From Phyllobates terribilis (taxonomy: Eukaryota), in the NCBI RefSeq assembly GCF_046119375.1, contig NW_027362765.1, forward strand, positions 90,830,001 to 90,894,000: a stretch of DNA of 64,000 bases. The letters run 5' to 3'. Positions within the stretch are counted from its first letter, which is position 1; every line of letters starts with the position of its first letter. The notes under the pieces are model-generated. The model worked only from the letters and a program-made list of their open reading frames with translations. It made no database searches and was not told where the DNA came from. Both the position numbers and the translations under genes were made by a program. Shown here piece after piece: positions 40,601-61,084 of this stretch.

Positions 40601-40935
40601 TCAGCTGTCTCCGGGCACTTGGCATGTGGGGAGGAAGGAGGATCAGGGTGAGGAATATGCAGTCCAGACTCACGGCTACTGAGACTTGACCGTGTGGAAG
40701 ATGGGGTGGTGGTGGCTAAGTGACTGGAAGCATTATCTGCTATCCAACCAATGACCTTTTCACACTGCTCTGGTGTTCTGTGGTTCCCTATTAATTGGGA
40801 CAGGAAGGTCGAGCGAGAAGATGTGGGTGTTTGTTGTGACACAATTTCAGCTTGCCCACGGCCTCGGCCTCGTTCTCTGCATGCACCATCAAGATCACGT
40901 ACACTTCACCGTCCCTTGCCACGCGCCTTTCCCAT
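37653..40935 (-). pseudogene. hAT (Ac/ZBED-like) transposase with BED zinc finger, RNase H-like DDE core and C-terminal dimerisation domain; multiple frameshifts
   Basis: IWLYF...AICTTC...MIRHMATKHP (BED); HLTTDTWT; PTLWDS; YW...LSCPAASVLSERFFSAAG. Confidence 0.93.
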
Positions 40936-40989
40936 TTTAAATGGAGGACAATATTTTCCACGTTCACTACAAATGGCTGGATTTGAACC

Positions 40990-41430
40990 GCAGTGATATG
41001 TGTTACGTGTGACGGAAAACCACAGTTTTAAATAGTTGGCCTGTAGGTGACTATTTTTCTCAGCGATCTGGTGTCAATAACTTCACTGACACACTCCAAC
41101 AAAATTTATATGGAGGCCAGAAATGGCTGAATTTGGAGCGAACTTGTATGTGATACGTGTGATGGAAAACCACAGTTTTAAATAGCTGGACTGGAGGTTA
41201 CTATTTTTCACAGCGACCTGGTGTCAATAACTTCACTGACAAACTGCAACAAAATTTTAATGGAAGTCAGAAATGGCTGAATTTAAAGCGAACTTGTATG
41301 TGATACGTGTGATGGAAAACCACAGTTTTAAATAGCTGGCTTGTAGGTTACTATTTTTCCGAGCGACCTGGTGTCAATAACTTCCCTGACACACTGCAAC
41401 AAAATTTAAATGGAGGCCAATATTTTCCAC
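40990..41430. repeat. ~148-bp tandem repeat x3 upstream of the hAT transposase
   Basis: TACGTGTGA(C/T)GGAAAACCACAGTTTTAAATAG at ~41005, ~41153 and ~41301. Confidence 0.85.
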
Positions 41431-41719
41431 GTTCACTACATATTTGTGGATTTTTATCGCTGTAATATGGAAAGAATCTGGCTGTATTCTGCTGTGGCAA
41501 CAAGCGAATGGAGCAGAAAAATGGTGTACTCTGGATTGCTTTTTAACTAAATAATCAGGATTAAGATCAAAAAAATAATTATCCCTGGCCCCTGATACCT
41601 GGGGCTATTTGTAGAAATATCTGTAACAGAAGCAGCAGACAGAACTGGAATGGAGCCTCTTGTGCAGTATTATAGACAGCAGTCTGCCACATACACTGTC
41701 TGCCTGCCTAGCTCTGATA

Positions 41720-48874
<7,155 letters not shown>

Positions 48875-48890
48875 GATTGTATCAATCTAT

Positions 48891-49496
48891 CTAACCTAAC
48901 GCCCATTCCATTGAAGTCCTGATCTTCTGTAACAAAAATAAAATAAAAAAACATCCCTCACTTGTCCGACGCGATGACAATCCAGATTGCCCCACGGCGA
49001 TCTGGGTCACCTCTAGAACAGTCACATCAGCAGTCACTGATGGTATTTTGGACTCTGGCCCCATCTTCACTCTGGAGACAGCTACCGCGAACCACTCCTG
49101 CGGACCATCTTCTTTTAGGAATTGCACATACTCTCTGGGCTGCAAGCTGTGTGAATAGGAGGGAACGGGGCCCCACCTGACGTAGTGAAAGTTCACATAT
49201 AATGTGTGCTTGATGCGTTCCTCCTCTAAGAATTCATCACCGTGCCCCATATTGAAAAATAGCACTATCATCAGTTTGGCCAGATCCTCGCATTCCAGAC
49301 CATCCAACTGGGCCTGCACCCATTCCTTCCTCTTCTTCTTGTCCCAGATCACATCCACGATCCACTGCACCTTGGTGATAGAGGATGCTTGTTTGGGGGC
49401 AGGGGCTACTTTCGGGGTCAGTTGGGAACTCACCGGCGTCTGGGCCCGTAAGGCTTCTAGGCACTTAGCCCTTTCGCGGGCCATGAACCAAGTCAT
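48891..49496 (-). CDS. 201-aa ORF with a divergent cold-shock (OB-fold) domain-like region, in a probable retroelement accessory segment
   Basis: aa ~75-143 [14 protein letters not shown]...LYVNF...[22 protein letters not shown] aligns by eye to the CSD consensus; not database-confirmed. Confidence 0.55.
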   Translation of the reverse strand: MTWFMARERAKCLEALRAQTPVSSQLTPKVAPAPKQASSITKVQWIVDVIWDKKKRKEWVQAQLDGLECEDLAKLMIVLFFNMGHGDEFLEEERIKHTLYVNFHYVRWGPVPSYSHSLQPREYVQFLKEDGPQEWFAVAVSRVKMGPESKIPSVTADVTVLEVTQIAVGQSGLSSRRTSEGCFFILFLLQKIRTSMEWALG

Positions 49497-51506
49497 GGTT
49501 AGGGGCTAAATCTCAGGCTCACGTCCAGCCTCTGACTCCTCCTTAGGGGACTAGGTCACCTTCTCCATCAGGCCGCCTGGCCTCACCTCCTCCATCAGCA
49601 CCATTAACTGACATAACCGTCCTCGCCCGATCTTCTCCTTGGGTGGCTCACTATGCGCCAGGCCTCCTTCGACTACAAAATCTCCCACTCTGCCATTATC
49701 ACTCTTGTCTCAGTGACAGTACCGCACTGTGTTCTCCACGACTTCCAACCAACAAATAGCACTGTCCCTCTCGCCGCTCGGCATCACTTACGTCACTGCT
49801 CTGCCTTTCACTCAGTGGGGTTCTCTTTGATTCACTATCCTGTTTTTCTATCTCCTCCATCCATTTTCCTGAGTCACAATTTACTGGACAGGCCTTTTCA
49901 TTCCACTTAATTTTACTGCAGTGGCCACTCCTCACTGTAGGCTGGCACTTCCAATTCCGACACTCCCTCCAATAGGCGTAACCTCTAGAGGGCTGGACAA
50001 CTCTTTGCACACTTTTGTTCCTTCTGTGTCCATGATGAGTGGGAACTTCTCATTGTTCTGTGCCACTAACTCCCGTTACAAAGTTCATGCTCAGCATCAT
50101 CTTAGAGCAGGTAACGGTCACCATCCTCCATGCAACTCAAGTCTTCTTCTCAGCCCTTTGCTCTTCCAGGTGCAAGACTCAATCTTGCCAACTATGCCAA
50201 GTGTAACGTGGCGCGGGGTGGTAGCCATGGGCAAAGTACTCGTGTTCTACGCCCCGCCACACTACATGAAGATGGGGGTCCTGGCAGGGTATGTGGACTT
50301 AGCATTTGGTGGCGCTACGCCCTTGCAGGCTGCATGTAACCGATGACTTTTTTAGGCCAGGACCAGATGTTTTGCAGTTCAAAGAGGGAGACCACCAGTC
50401 AAAAATAAACTTTTTACTGAACGATAACTTGGCGGGGATAACATACAGTAGTTAGCAGGTACACAACTTGATGAAAATTTCCTTCACAATACATAGCATT
50501 TTCCACACACAGTTTCAATCCCTTCCACTTTTCTCTATCTTCACCATTCCTCACTACTTCACACAACCCAGCTCAGTACTACAGTCCAGCTAGCAAGAGT
50601 CATTTACTCGACCAGTGGTTCCACGTCTTCTTTCCCCTCAAGAGATCTACAGTATGTTGCTAGTATGGCCAGTGCTTAATTTCTCTGTCGCTGATGGAAC
50701 TCTTGCAATGGGGACTCTCTTCTTCTCACGTACTCTGTCCCATCTTGGCCTGTTACGTCTTGGAGTTATAAACTCTTCGCCATACTGGTAAGTGTCCTTT
50801 CCTGGGATCTGTCTCTGATTGGTCACTCTGTCTTTTGGTCACTTCTATCCTTCCTTCTACTGGGATGTCGCTATTTTTTGTCACGGTCTCCTCTCATGTT
50901 AGGGACACCCATGTCATGTGGCACTGCTCAGATCAGACTTTAAGTCTGGTTCCTACACACACTGTACCCAGTCTGATGTTCTGACAGGAAACTGTCTCTG
51001 TGCCTTTAGCCTAGCCCCTCCCACTCTGGGCTAGTCCCAAACTTAACTCTAACTCTCCATACCATCGAGTAACACACCAACATCATTAACGCATATCACA
51101 ATTGACATTACACAATATAACATTACACTTATTCTTCAAGGGGGAACGTGGGCAATATATCAATCTTTTTACATGTATGTATCATATCGCAGCACTCTAT
51201 GTGTGTGGTATAGCTGTTATAGTTATGTGTGTGGTACAGCTGTAATATTTATATGTGCGGTATAGCTGTAATATTTTTGTGTGTGGAATTTCTGTAATAC
51301 TTACATGTATAGTATAGTGAGATGTATGTTACATTTTATAGAGGGGGCAAACTTACTGAAGTTGTAGGTTTTTTAATATGTAAATGGTTTTCTAATACAC
51401 TTTATACTTGCTGCATGTGAGGAAATGCTTAGCTCCAGCATGCAGGTTAGCATAATTTATTTTCTATGGTCATGGTAATGATAAATGGCCCACAGACACC
51501 TTTACG

Positions 51507-51674
51507 CAGGGGCGTAACAACAATGGGTGCAAGTGTTTCAGTAGCACCCCTGCCCTGGAGCTTCATGGCCCCAAAGGTCCCTTTGACCCATATAAAAAGA
51601 TCAATGCTATTAAAGATGGTGATATTCAGGGGCCCTTTTGCATTGGGGCCCACAAGCTTCAAGTTACGCCACTG
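51507..51674. mobile_element. hAT MITE (168 bp)
   Basis: TIRs CAG(G/T)GGCGTAAC; 8-bp TSD CCTTTACG at 51499-506 and 51675-682. Confidence 0.92.
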
Positions 51675-53354
51675 CCTTTACGGTACTGGATACAGAGTGA
51701 CACAAACTTATAAACTAGTTTCTGAGGTAACAAAAGATGCACCTCCATTCATATATGTAAATAAGCTAATCAGCAAAAATAAGACCTATTGGTGATCCAG
51801 GATGAACATTTACTTTAAGATATTTTTTTCAGAACCATATCTTTTATTTGTTCCGTATATCCAAAAGACCGTGGAACTGTCCTTAAATAAATCCGGCAAC
51901 ATTATTTCGACATGTGTGGTGCGATTTGTTTCACCCACTGGTCTACATTTAGTTTATTTGACATTACCAAAAATCTTTTCCATAGATGGTAAAAAATCAT
52001 CTATCAGACTGAGGACCACCTCTAATATCCAAACATTTTCTTCCAGAACATTCGCTTTTCATACACAAAGTCCTCTCGTAAAGCTGGAGCAGAGAGGTAC
52101 TGTTCCAAAACCGCAGGTGAACATCAGAATCTCATCACTCCTTCCGTAAATTAATGATGCCCCACGCTTGCTTTTGCCAATAACTGGCCAAGTGTCTATG
52201 CCGTTGACTCATATTTATTTTGCCTTCTGAAAAATTATCTCACTGAATGAAAGAAAAAAAAATCAATTACTCAATTAATTAGCCGTCCTTGTTTCCACAC
52301 GAGTGTCGTGTAACGCATAAAGACCTTGCACCAGTGAAAACAAATAAACGATTCGAGGAGCAGCCACCGAGCCGTCCTTCGTAATTAAATCCCGTTTGTT
52401 TCTTCTCTCGGCCTCTCCGTGTGCACAATCAGGACCTTGTGAGAGGTAGCATTTATTAAACAGGGAAAGTGCCAGCGAGGCCTGCGCTCCAGGTAACTTA
52501 AGATCTCGGCTAGCAAGTGGATGTTTCAATCATTTACTTTCTCCATGCGAGAGGAAAAGGCTAGTCTGCCAGCTTTCTTAGAAATATTGCTCCTTTCCAT
52601 CTCGCGAATGAATCTGAAGACTTCTTGTCCACCGCCTCAATCAATTATATAGTTATTCAAGATAAAGCAAACAGTTTTCCAAGGGCCTGCGTTCATATTG
52701 GTGGTTAGGTGTGCGGGCAAGGCCGAGGAAATAAGGAAATTGTTGGAAAATCTAACTTTTTTAGACGCATACGAATGGAGATTGCTTGAAAAGTATGCAG
52801 GGAATTAATATCTCTAACCTCAGACCCAGAGCTGTCAAAGCTTCGACTAACATGAAAATGTGATATTTCAAAACTGTCGGGATTGTTTTGAATCAAAGGA
52901 ATTAACTCGTTTGGGACATTTCAAAAGGGCTAGAGATGATGTACATTATCCTTCAGGACCTACTTCATGTGTGTTTGCATGAGAAATATCACTATCTCTG
53001 TCCATTATATGACTTAGATAATGTATTTATCATCAGTTTTCCCCTCTGCGGGCTCTATCTCTAATTTTCAGTTGTCTCTCAGCAAGTAATTGGAGACTAG
53101 CTTCTGTGATTTCTCCAATGCACAGCACACAAAGGCATGAGAGATTCATGCTCTCATCTCTCTACATAGCACACATTCAAAAGTACTAGAGATATAGAAG
53201 ACATCATACAACAGGACTGAGCAGTGTAACTTCAGCTCTAGATGGTTATAAAACACTAGAAATCAGCAGCATGATCTGACTATTGCTGTACCTCACTCTG
53301 TTCCTTCTCTTTCCATAAACTTCAATAGGCAGCTGTAATGTTATCCTTTTTGAA

Positions 53355-54430
53355 TATGGGACTGCTACTCAACACAAAGAAGACAAAGATATTGACTACT
53401 TCCAGGTACAGCCAGGATATATTTGAGATGCAAAAAAAGGAGCATGGACCGCACCTCCAAAAATCATACATTTGATCTAATGCCTCTAGGCAAAAATAAA
53501 TATAACTGAACATGAGGTTCTTAGTTTAACATTCTGATCAGACTGTATGAAGCCCACTGCCACGTCACGGCAAACCTCGTAGTGGGTCCTAACATTTCCT
53601 ACCTAAACGGGAGCGGAGCCGTGCGCCAACCACCGCCACAGCGACAATGCACCAGCAGGGCGGGCGGCCTGGTGCCTCACAGCACCCATGCTGCAAGACC
53701 GAGTCCCTATGACTCCAGGTGCGGTCCATGCTCTTTTTTTTTTTTTTTTTGCATTGCATATTCTTTCCCCTTTCTTGAACCAGCACTCCTCCCATTTGGC
53801 ACATGTGATTTTAATTAGCAGGAGACTGCAAAGAGGGTCTAGCCTATTTTTGCTCTCAGTTGAGAGCTTGAGGAAGGTGAGTCACAATGTTCCTTTCTTG
53901 TGGTGTTGGTGCAGTGTGTTGGCCATTGTTGCTGTGGTTTTGTGCTTGTGGGGCAGCGTGGCCTGGAGTCATGGGGACTCGATCTTGCAGCATGGGTGCT
54001 GTGAGGCACCAGGCCGCCCGCCCTGCTGGTGCATTGTCGCTGTGGTGGTGGTTGGCGCACGGCTTCGCGCCCGTTCAGGTAGGAAGTGTTAGGACCCACT
54101 ACGAGGTTTGCCGTGACATGTCAGTGGGCTTCATACAGTCTGATCAGAATGTTAAACTAAGAACCTCATGTTCAGTTATATATATTTTTGCTGAGAGGCA
54201 TTAGATCAAAAGTATGATTTTTGGAGGTGCGGTCCTTTTTGGAGGTGCGGTCCATGCTCTTTTTTTTATATATTTGTGATGGACGGCGATGAACTGGAAG
54301 TTGTAAAGGACTTCAACCTACTTGAATCAATAGTAACTCATGATGCAGCGACAACACCGAAAGTCAATAGGAGATTAACTGAGGGCAATCAACAATGAAG
54401 TCACTGAACAAGGTCTTCAAATCTAGTCAC
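53355..54430 (+). pseudogene. RTE-clade LINE RT fragment split by an insertion
   Basis: GLLLNTKKTKILTT (53357-53400) continues as VMDGDELEVVKDFNLLESI after 54281. Confidence 0.75.
53431..54267. mobile_element. 837-bp palindromic insertion with 14-bp TSD (possibly Penelope-like/TPRT)
   Basis: TSD ATATATTTG(A/T)GATG at 53417-30 and 54268-81; ~290-bp inverted arms; A-run at the left end, T-run at the right end. Confidence 0.8.
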
Positions 54431-55027
54431 CAGGGGCGGACATACCGCCGGTGCAGCCGGTGCAACTGCACCGGGGCCCACCGGTGCAAGGGGGCCCTTG
54501 CAGGGTAGATAATAATGAGGGCAATCTGGCCAGTTTCTCGAAGCCCCAGGCTCCGGAGGGCCCATGGCCAGATTGCCCTCATCCTGTGTGGCGATCCCTG
54601 CAGCTCTGCTGCCTATAGGAGAAAATGGCAGGGATCCGTCCTCTGCTTCCTGCCCGCCCGCGCTTTCTGTGTGACACAGATGCGCGCTGCTTGATGACAT
54701 CAGCAAGCAGCGTGCGCCTGTGTCAGGGAGAAAGTTGCTAATGAGGACGATGCTGCGGGGGAGCGGGCTGAGAGGTAAGTTGTTTTTTTTATTATTTTAT
54801 CCAATACACTGGGGCAATGATGAGGGAGAGAAATGATGCGGGAGAGCAGTGATGGGGGGAGAGCAATGATGGGGGGCAGTAATGATGAGGATGATGGGGG
54901 GAGAGCAATGATGGGGGTGATGGGGGACAACAATGATGGGGGACAGCAATGATGGGGGGAGAGCAGTGATGGGGGAGAGCAATGATGGGGGAGAGCAATG
55001 ATGGGGGTGATGGGGGAGAGCAATGAC
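54431..55027 (+). mobile_element. Truncated minisatellite-bearing element of the same family as 2555-4719
   Basis: CAGGGGCGGACATACCGCC terminus, homologous arm and GGGGAGAGCAATGAT array. Confidence 0.75.
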
Positions 55028-55472
55028 TCGCCCACGACTACCTCGCTGAGGCATCTTACAATTGAGCCAAAGACCATTAAATAATAATAGTAAGAATAAT
55101 GTTATCCTTCAGTCACCTGGAACATTTTCTTGTTTTGAGCAAGATGGAATGAGCTTATGAGACAGAGTGAACAGAAATGGTTAATTAGTGAAGAAAACGG
55201 CACATTTCTCTGATAAAATTCATTAAAAGTTTCCTATGATCACTTGCACTTTTGATTTATAAAGATGTTATTGAAATTAAGTGAAGCATAACTTGAAGCA
55301 CATTGGCCCTAATGTAACATTTGTGATTGGGTTGCTCACAAATGTGTTATCATGTAGTAGAACGGTCGTTGTGCTACATTTGTACTTCCTAAGTTAGTCT
55401 ATCCATTAATGCGGACAAAGACATACACAAATGTATACTGTATATATACAGTATATATATATATATATATAT

Positions 55473-55520
<48 letters not shown>

Positions 55521-55524
<4 letters not shown>

Positions 55525-56128
55525 AGACCAAAAGTTTGCACATACCTTCTCATTTAAAGATTTTTCTGTATTTTCTTAACTATGAAAATTGTACATTCAC
55601 ACTGAAGGCATCAAAACTATGAATTAACACATGTGGAATTATGTACTTAACAGGACAATGACCCCAAACACACCTCCAGGCTGTGTAAGGGCTATTTGAC
55701 CAAGAGGGAGAGTGATGGGGTGCTACGCCAGATGACCTGGCCTCCACAGTCACCAGACTTGAACCCAATCGAGATGGTTTGGGGTGAGCTTGACCGCAGA
55801 GTGAAGGCAAAAGGGCCAACAAGTGCTAAGCATCTCTGGGAACTCCTTCAAGATTGTTGGAAGACCATTTCCGGTGACTACCTCTTGAAGCTCATCAAGA
55901 GAATGCCAAGAGTGTGTAAAGCAGTCATCAAAGCAAAAGGTGGCTACTTTGAAGAACCTAGAATATAAGACATATTTTCAGTTGTTTCACACTTTTTTGT
56001 TAAGTATATGATTCCACATGTGTTAATTCATAGTTTTGATGCCTTCAGTGTGAATGTACAATTTTCATAGTCATGAAAATACAGAAAAATCTTTAAATGA
56101 GAAGGTGTGTCCAAACTTTTGGCCTGTA

Positions 56129-56131
<3 letters not shown>
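55521..56131 (+). mobile_element. Internally deleted Tc1 element between (TA)n tracts
   Basis: ~200-bp TIRs (GTACAG(A/G)CCAAAAGTTTG); transposase C-terminus [12 protein letters not shown] at 55696-55968. Confidence 0.92.
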
Positions 56132-57853
<1,722 letters not shown>

Positions 57854-58737
57854 TTATATAGCGCCATAAATTTCCTTGGTTCATTACAAACATCATCATC
57901 ACTTGTCCCCACTGGGGTTTATAATCTAAATCAGTATATCTTTTATATATATATTTTTATTTTTTACATATATTGTAATGTGCATAAGCATAGAATATGA
58001 AACATGGAAAGTGCACGTCTCATTTTTAATTAGATGTAAAAAACCTTCACATTAAATTTCCAGATTAAACATTTGCGGGCTCCGTTCTTTACAGGTTTCA
58101 AAAATGAGTTTGTTCTATTTTTTGGCATCAAGATTTGGACTTTTCCCACCTTGAAAGTTTAATATTGCACACCTGCCAACCTTAATATTCACACATTGAA
58201 ATGACCCAAACCATGAAAAGTGGACGACTGTATTCACGGTGTGCAACATAAAACATAGCGTGTGATCAGGTCTAAAACAGCAAAAGTGTGTCCTGAAAAT
58301 TTTTGTAATGTGGAAGGATAGGAATAATAATGTGCAGAGATTTAATACAAATTGGAAGAATAAAATTAAAATTTTTGATTTAGAAAATTTCCTCATTTTG
58401 TATTTCTCATTTAGAGTTTATGTAGGCGTACGGTATATGTGTAGATGTAATGTCTGATCTGTTAACTCATAACTAACATAAAATGTACTGAAAAACTAGA
58501 AAAAATGCATTTCCACCATTGTTGTTCAGGTTTTGATTCATTTATAAAGTAGTAACTTTATTCTGCAGGTCAAAATAATTACAGCTCTAATAAAGTAATA
58601 TAAATTTCTTTATGTTTTTAGGTTTTAAAAAACAAAAATTTTGGTTTCTGTCACCATTGTTTGGATCCCATAACTTTTTTTATTTGTCCTGTCGATTGAG
58701 TTGAATCAAGGTTTACTTTTTGCGGTGTGAGCTATCA

Positions 58738-59466
58738 TTATTATTATTATTATTTATTTATATAGCGCCATTGATTCCATGGTGCTGTACATGAGGTTAC
58801 ATACCAAATGCAGATATCACTTAAAACAAACTAACAGTGATTGACTGGTACAGAGGGAAGAGGACCCTGCTCTTGCGGGCTTACATTCTATAGGAATGGG
58901 GAAGGAGACAATAGGTTGGGGGGTTGCAGTAGCTCCAGCGTTGTTGAGGTGGCAGCAAGCAAGGTCATGGCAGGCTGTAAGCTTGTTTGAAGAGATGGGT
59001 TTTCAGGTTCCGTCTGAAGGATCCAAGTGTGGCGGATAATCGGACATGTTAAGGCACAGAATTCCATAGGACGGGGGATATTCGGGAGAAATCTTGGAGG
59101 CGATTGTGTGAGAAACGAATAAGTGTGGAGGAGAGAAGGTCTTGGGAGGACCGGAGATTACGTGAGGGAATAAATCTGGAGATTAGTTCAGAGATGTACG
59201 GAGGAGAGAAGTTATGGATGGCTTTGTAAGTCAGTGTTAGTAGTTTGAACTGGAAACGCTGGGCAATTGGGAGTCAGTGAAGGGATTTGCAAAGGGGGGT
59301 AGCAGAGGAGTAGCGAGGCAAGAGATGGACCAGTCGCGCAGCAGAGTTAAGGATGGACTGGAGGGGTGCGAAAGTGGTAGCAGGTAGGCCACAGAGGAGA
59401 ATGTTGCAGTAGTCGAGGCCGGAGATGATGGGGCATGCACAAGCAGTTCAGTAGATTGAGGGTGTG
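58738..59466 (-). pseudogene. L2 (CR1/L2 group) LINE 3' fragment
   Basis: IISGLDYCNILL..LQSILNSAARLV..SLHWLPIAQRFQFKLL on the minus strand; 3' (AAT)n tail. Confidence 0.85.
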
Positions 59467-59472
59467 ACAGGT

Positions 59473-60016
59473 GTGTCAGAGGTGACAGACAGTTGCCCTG
59501 CAATGGTTTGCAGGAGATCTCCACGTTTAGCAATGCAGACAGCTGCCTAGATAGGAGGCTGTGTTTAGGACCCAGCGACTACCTCCCTTTAGTCTTGGTG
59601 TATATATACCTGGTGTGTCTAGGTGGGCATTGCCGGTTATACGCATTTCTACTTGGAACTTGGCTGAAGCAGCATCACGCCCTCGCTGGAGTTTTGAGGC
59701 CGTGTGCCCTGTTGGAGTTCTTCTAAAGCTGAGTTGTTGTTCCCCTGTGTTGTCTTCCCCTTTTGTCTTTAGAATGCTAGCGGAGGTTGACTATTGCTCA
59801 TCTCCTTCCTCCCCCAGCTATAGCCTTACGCCAGGGATAGTAGGGTGAGGCACGTGATCGACGACAGCTGCGGAGGCTGTATAGGGACGTCAGGGGGAGA
59901 CAGGGTGACGCTAGTCCAGATTAGAAGGTCATCTCTTCCCCCTTTCCCTAGTGTCTGGGCTCCCTTTCCCCTCTGTGTTGCACTCACACCTGGCGTGACT
60001 CTCTGTGTTGCACTCA
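59473..60016 (+). mobile_element. LTR remnant interrupted at its 3' end by the next Gypsy element
   Basis: TGTCAG start, TATATATA box, 16-bp duplicated CTCTGTGTTGCACTCA at 59971 and 60001. Confidence 0.5.
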
Positions 60017-61065
60017 TGTGACACCCCAGGGGTCTGGTTGCCATAGTAATAGAGATATTATGTCTGAGAGCAAGTGGGAGGTTTCTCTGGTCAGGATCCC
60101 TAAGCATGCAACACGGTCCGCCCAGACCTGGGAGGGGAGGAATCTGCCCTTATAAACTGGGTCTGGGGCGGGATTAAAGCAGTCAGAGTCAGAGTGGAGC
60201 TGCAGACAGTTCCAGAGACAGGGAAAGCAAGAACAGGAGCCCTGTAGGAGCAGAGGCAGAAGGCCAGGGGCTTTGAGCAGAGGTATAGCTCGCCCTGGCT
60301 GAGTACACTAAAACCGGACACAGGAGTCCGAGGCTGTGGGGACTGATCTACACCCAGCAGCAGAAACCAGCCGGCAGGGGATTCCAGGTCCTCTGGCCAT
60401 AGAAGCCCGGAGGCTCAGTCACAAAGAAGGGACCAGCGCCGCCATCCAGGAGCGGAGGCTAACAGAAGGCCCCAAGTGACCAGCCATACGGGTGAGCACC
60501 ACACGGTATACTCAGGGACGTGGGCTACTTGTAAACGCTGACAGCAAGGTAGCCAGGAAGAGTGCAGATTAACGGGGAGGCCTACAACTCCACCTGGCCA
60601 GGGGAACTCCTGCTTGCTCGCAGACTGACCAGGCCCCTTATACTAGCCAGTACTCCCGGGAGTGTCTACCTTGTACCATCAGTAAAGACCCTGAACTGCA
60701 CCACACGTTTCTGTGATTCCTTGCCGCACCAGCACCATTAGCACTGGGACACTCACACCATCACTCCCATCATTATCCACACTAGCTGCCCTGAGGCAAT
60801 ACTCCTCCCGTGGGGAGTTATCCCATACTCGGCTGCGCAACCAACATCAGCCTCAGCGGTCGGCAGCGCAGCGGCGGTCCCCACTGACCGCAATCCACGG
60901 GTGGCGTAGTCGGACACTTATTACAACATTTAGACTGCCACTGGTTTGACCACCCTGGGCACGGACCGGGTCACCGCCACACGGAGACTACAACCCCCAG
61001 CATTCTACAACAGGCCCGGTTCCGGGTTCCCCTGCACAACACAGGCCCAGGGGGCGCGTCAACTT

Positions 61066-61084
61066 TGGCGTAGTCGGCAGGATT
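61066..61084 (+). promoter_or_regulatory. Primer-binding site complementary to the 3' end of tRNA-Ser
   Basis: TGGCGTAGTCGGCAGGATT is the reverse complement of ...AATCCTGCCGACTACGCCA. Confidence 0.9.

Larger units (their letters stand above)
23362..41717 (-). mobile_element. Large hAT transposon (autonomous type, decayed) hosting nested CR1, Gypsy and Tc1 insertions
   Basis: TAGTGATGAGCGAG terminus at 23362; host sequence GTGTCCATA|(T/C)TC(A/G)GTCCCC rejoins across 24310-34741; transposase at 37653-40935; right terminus not found. Confidence 0.75.

Noticed and set aside
37653-40935. Domesticated ZBED host gene
   Set aside because: Multiple frameshifts and stops, nested TE insertions and a transposon terminus indicate a dead transposon
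51802-52149. 115-aa ORF
   Set aside because: AT-rich with no motifs or splice context; likely chance
61066-61084. tRNA gene
   Set aside because: Only the complement of the last 19 nt including CCA; this is a PBS, not a tRNA locus
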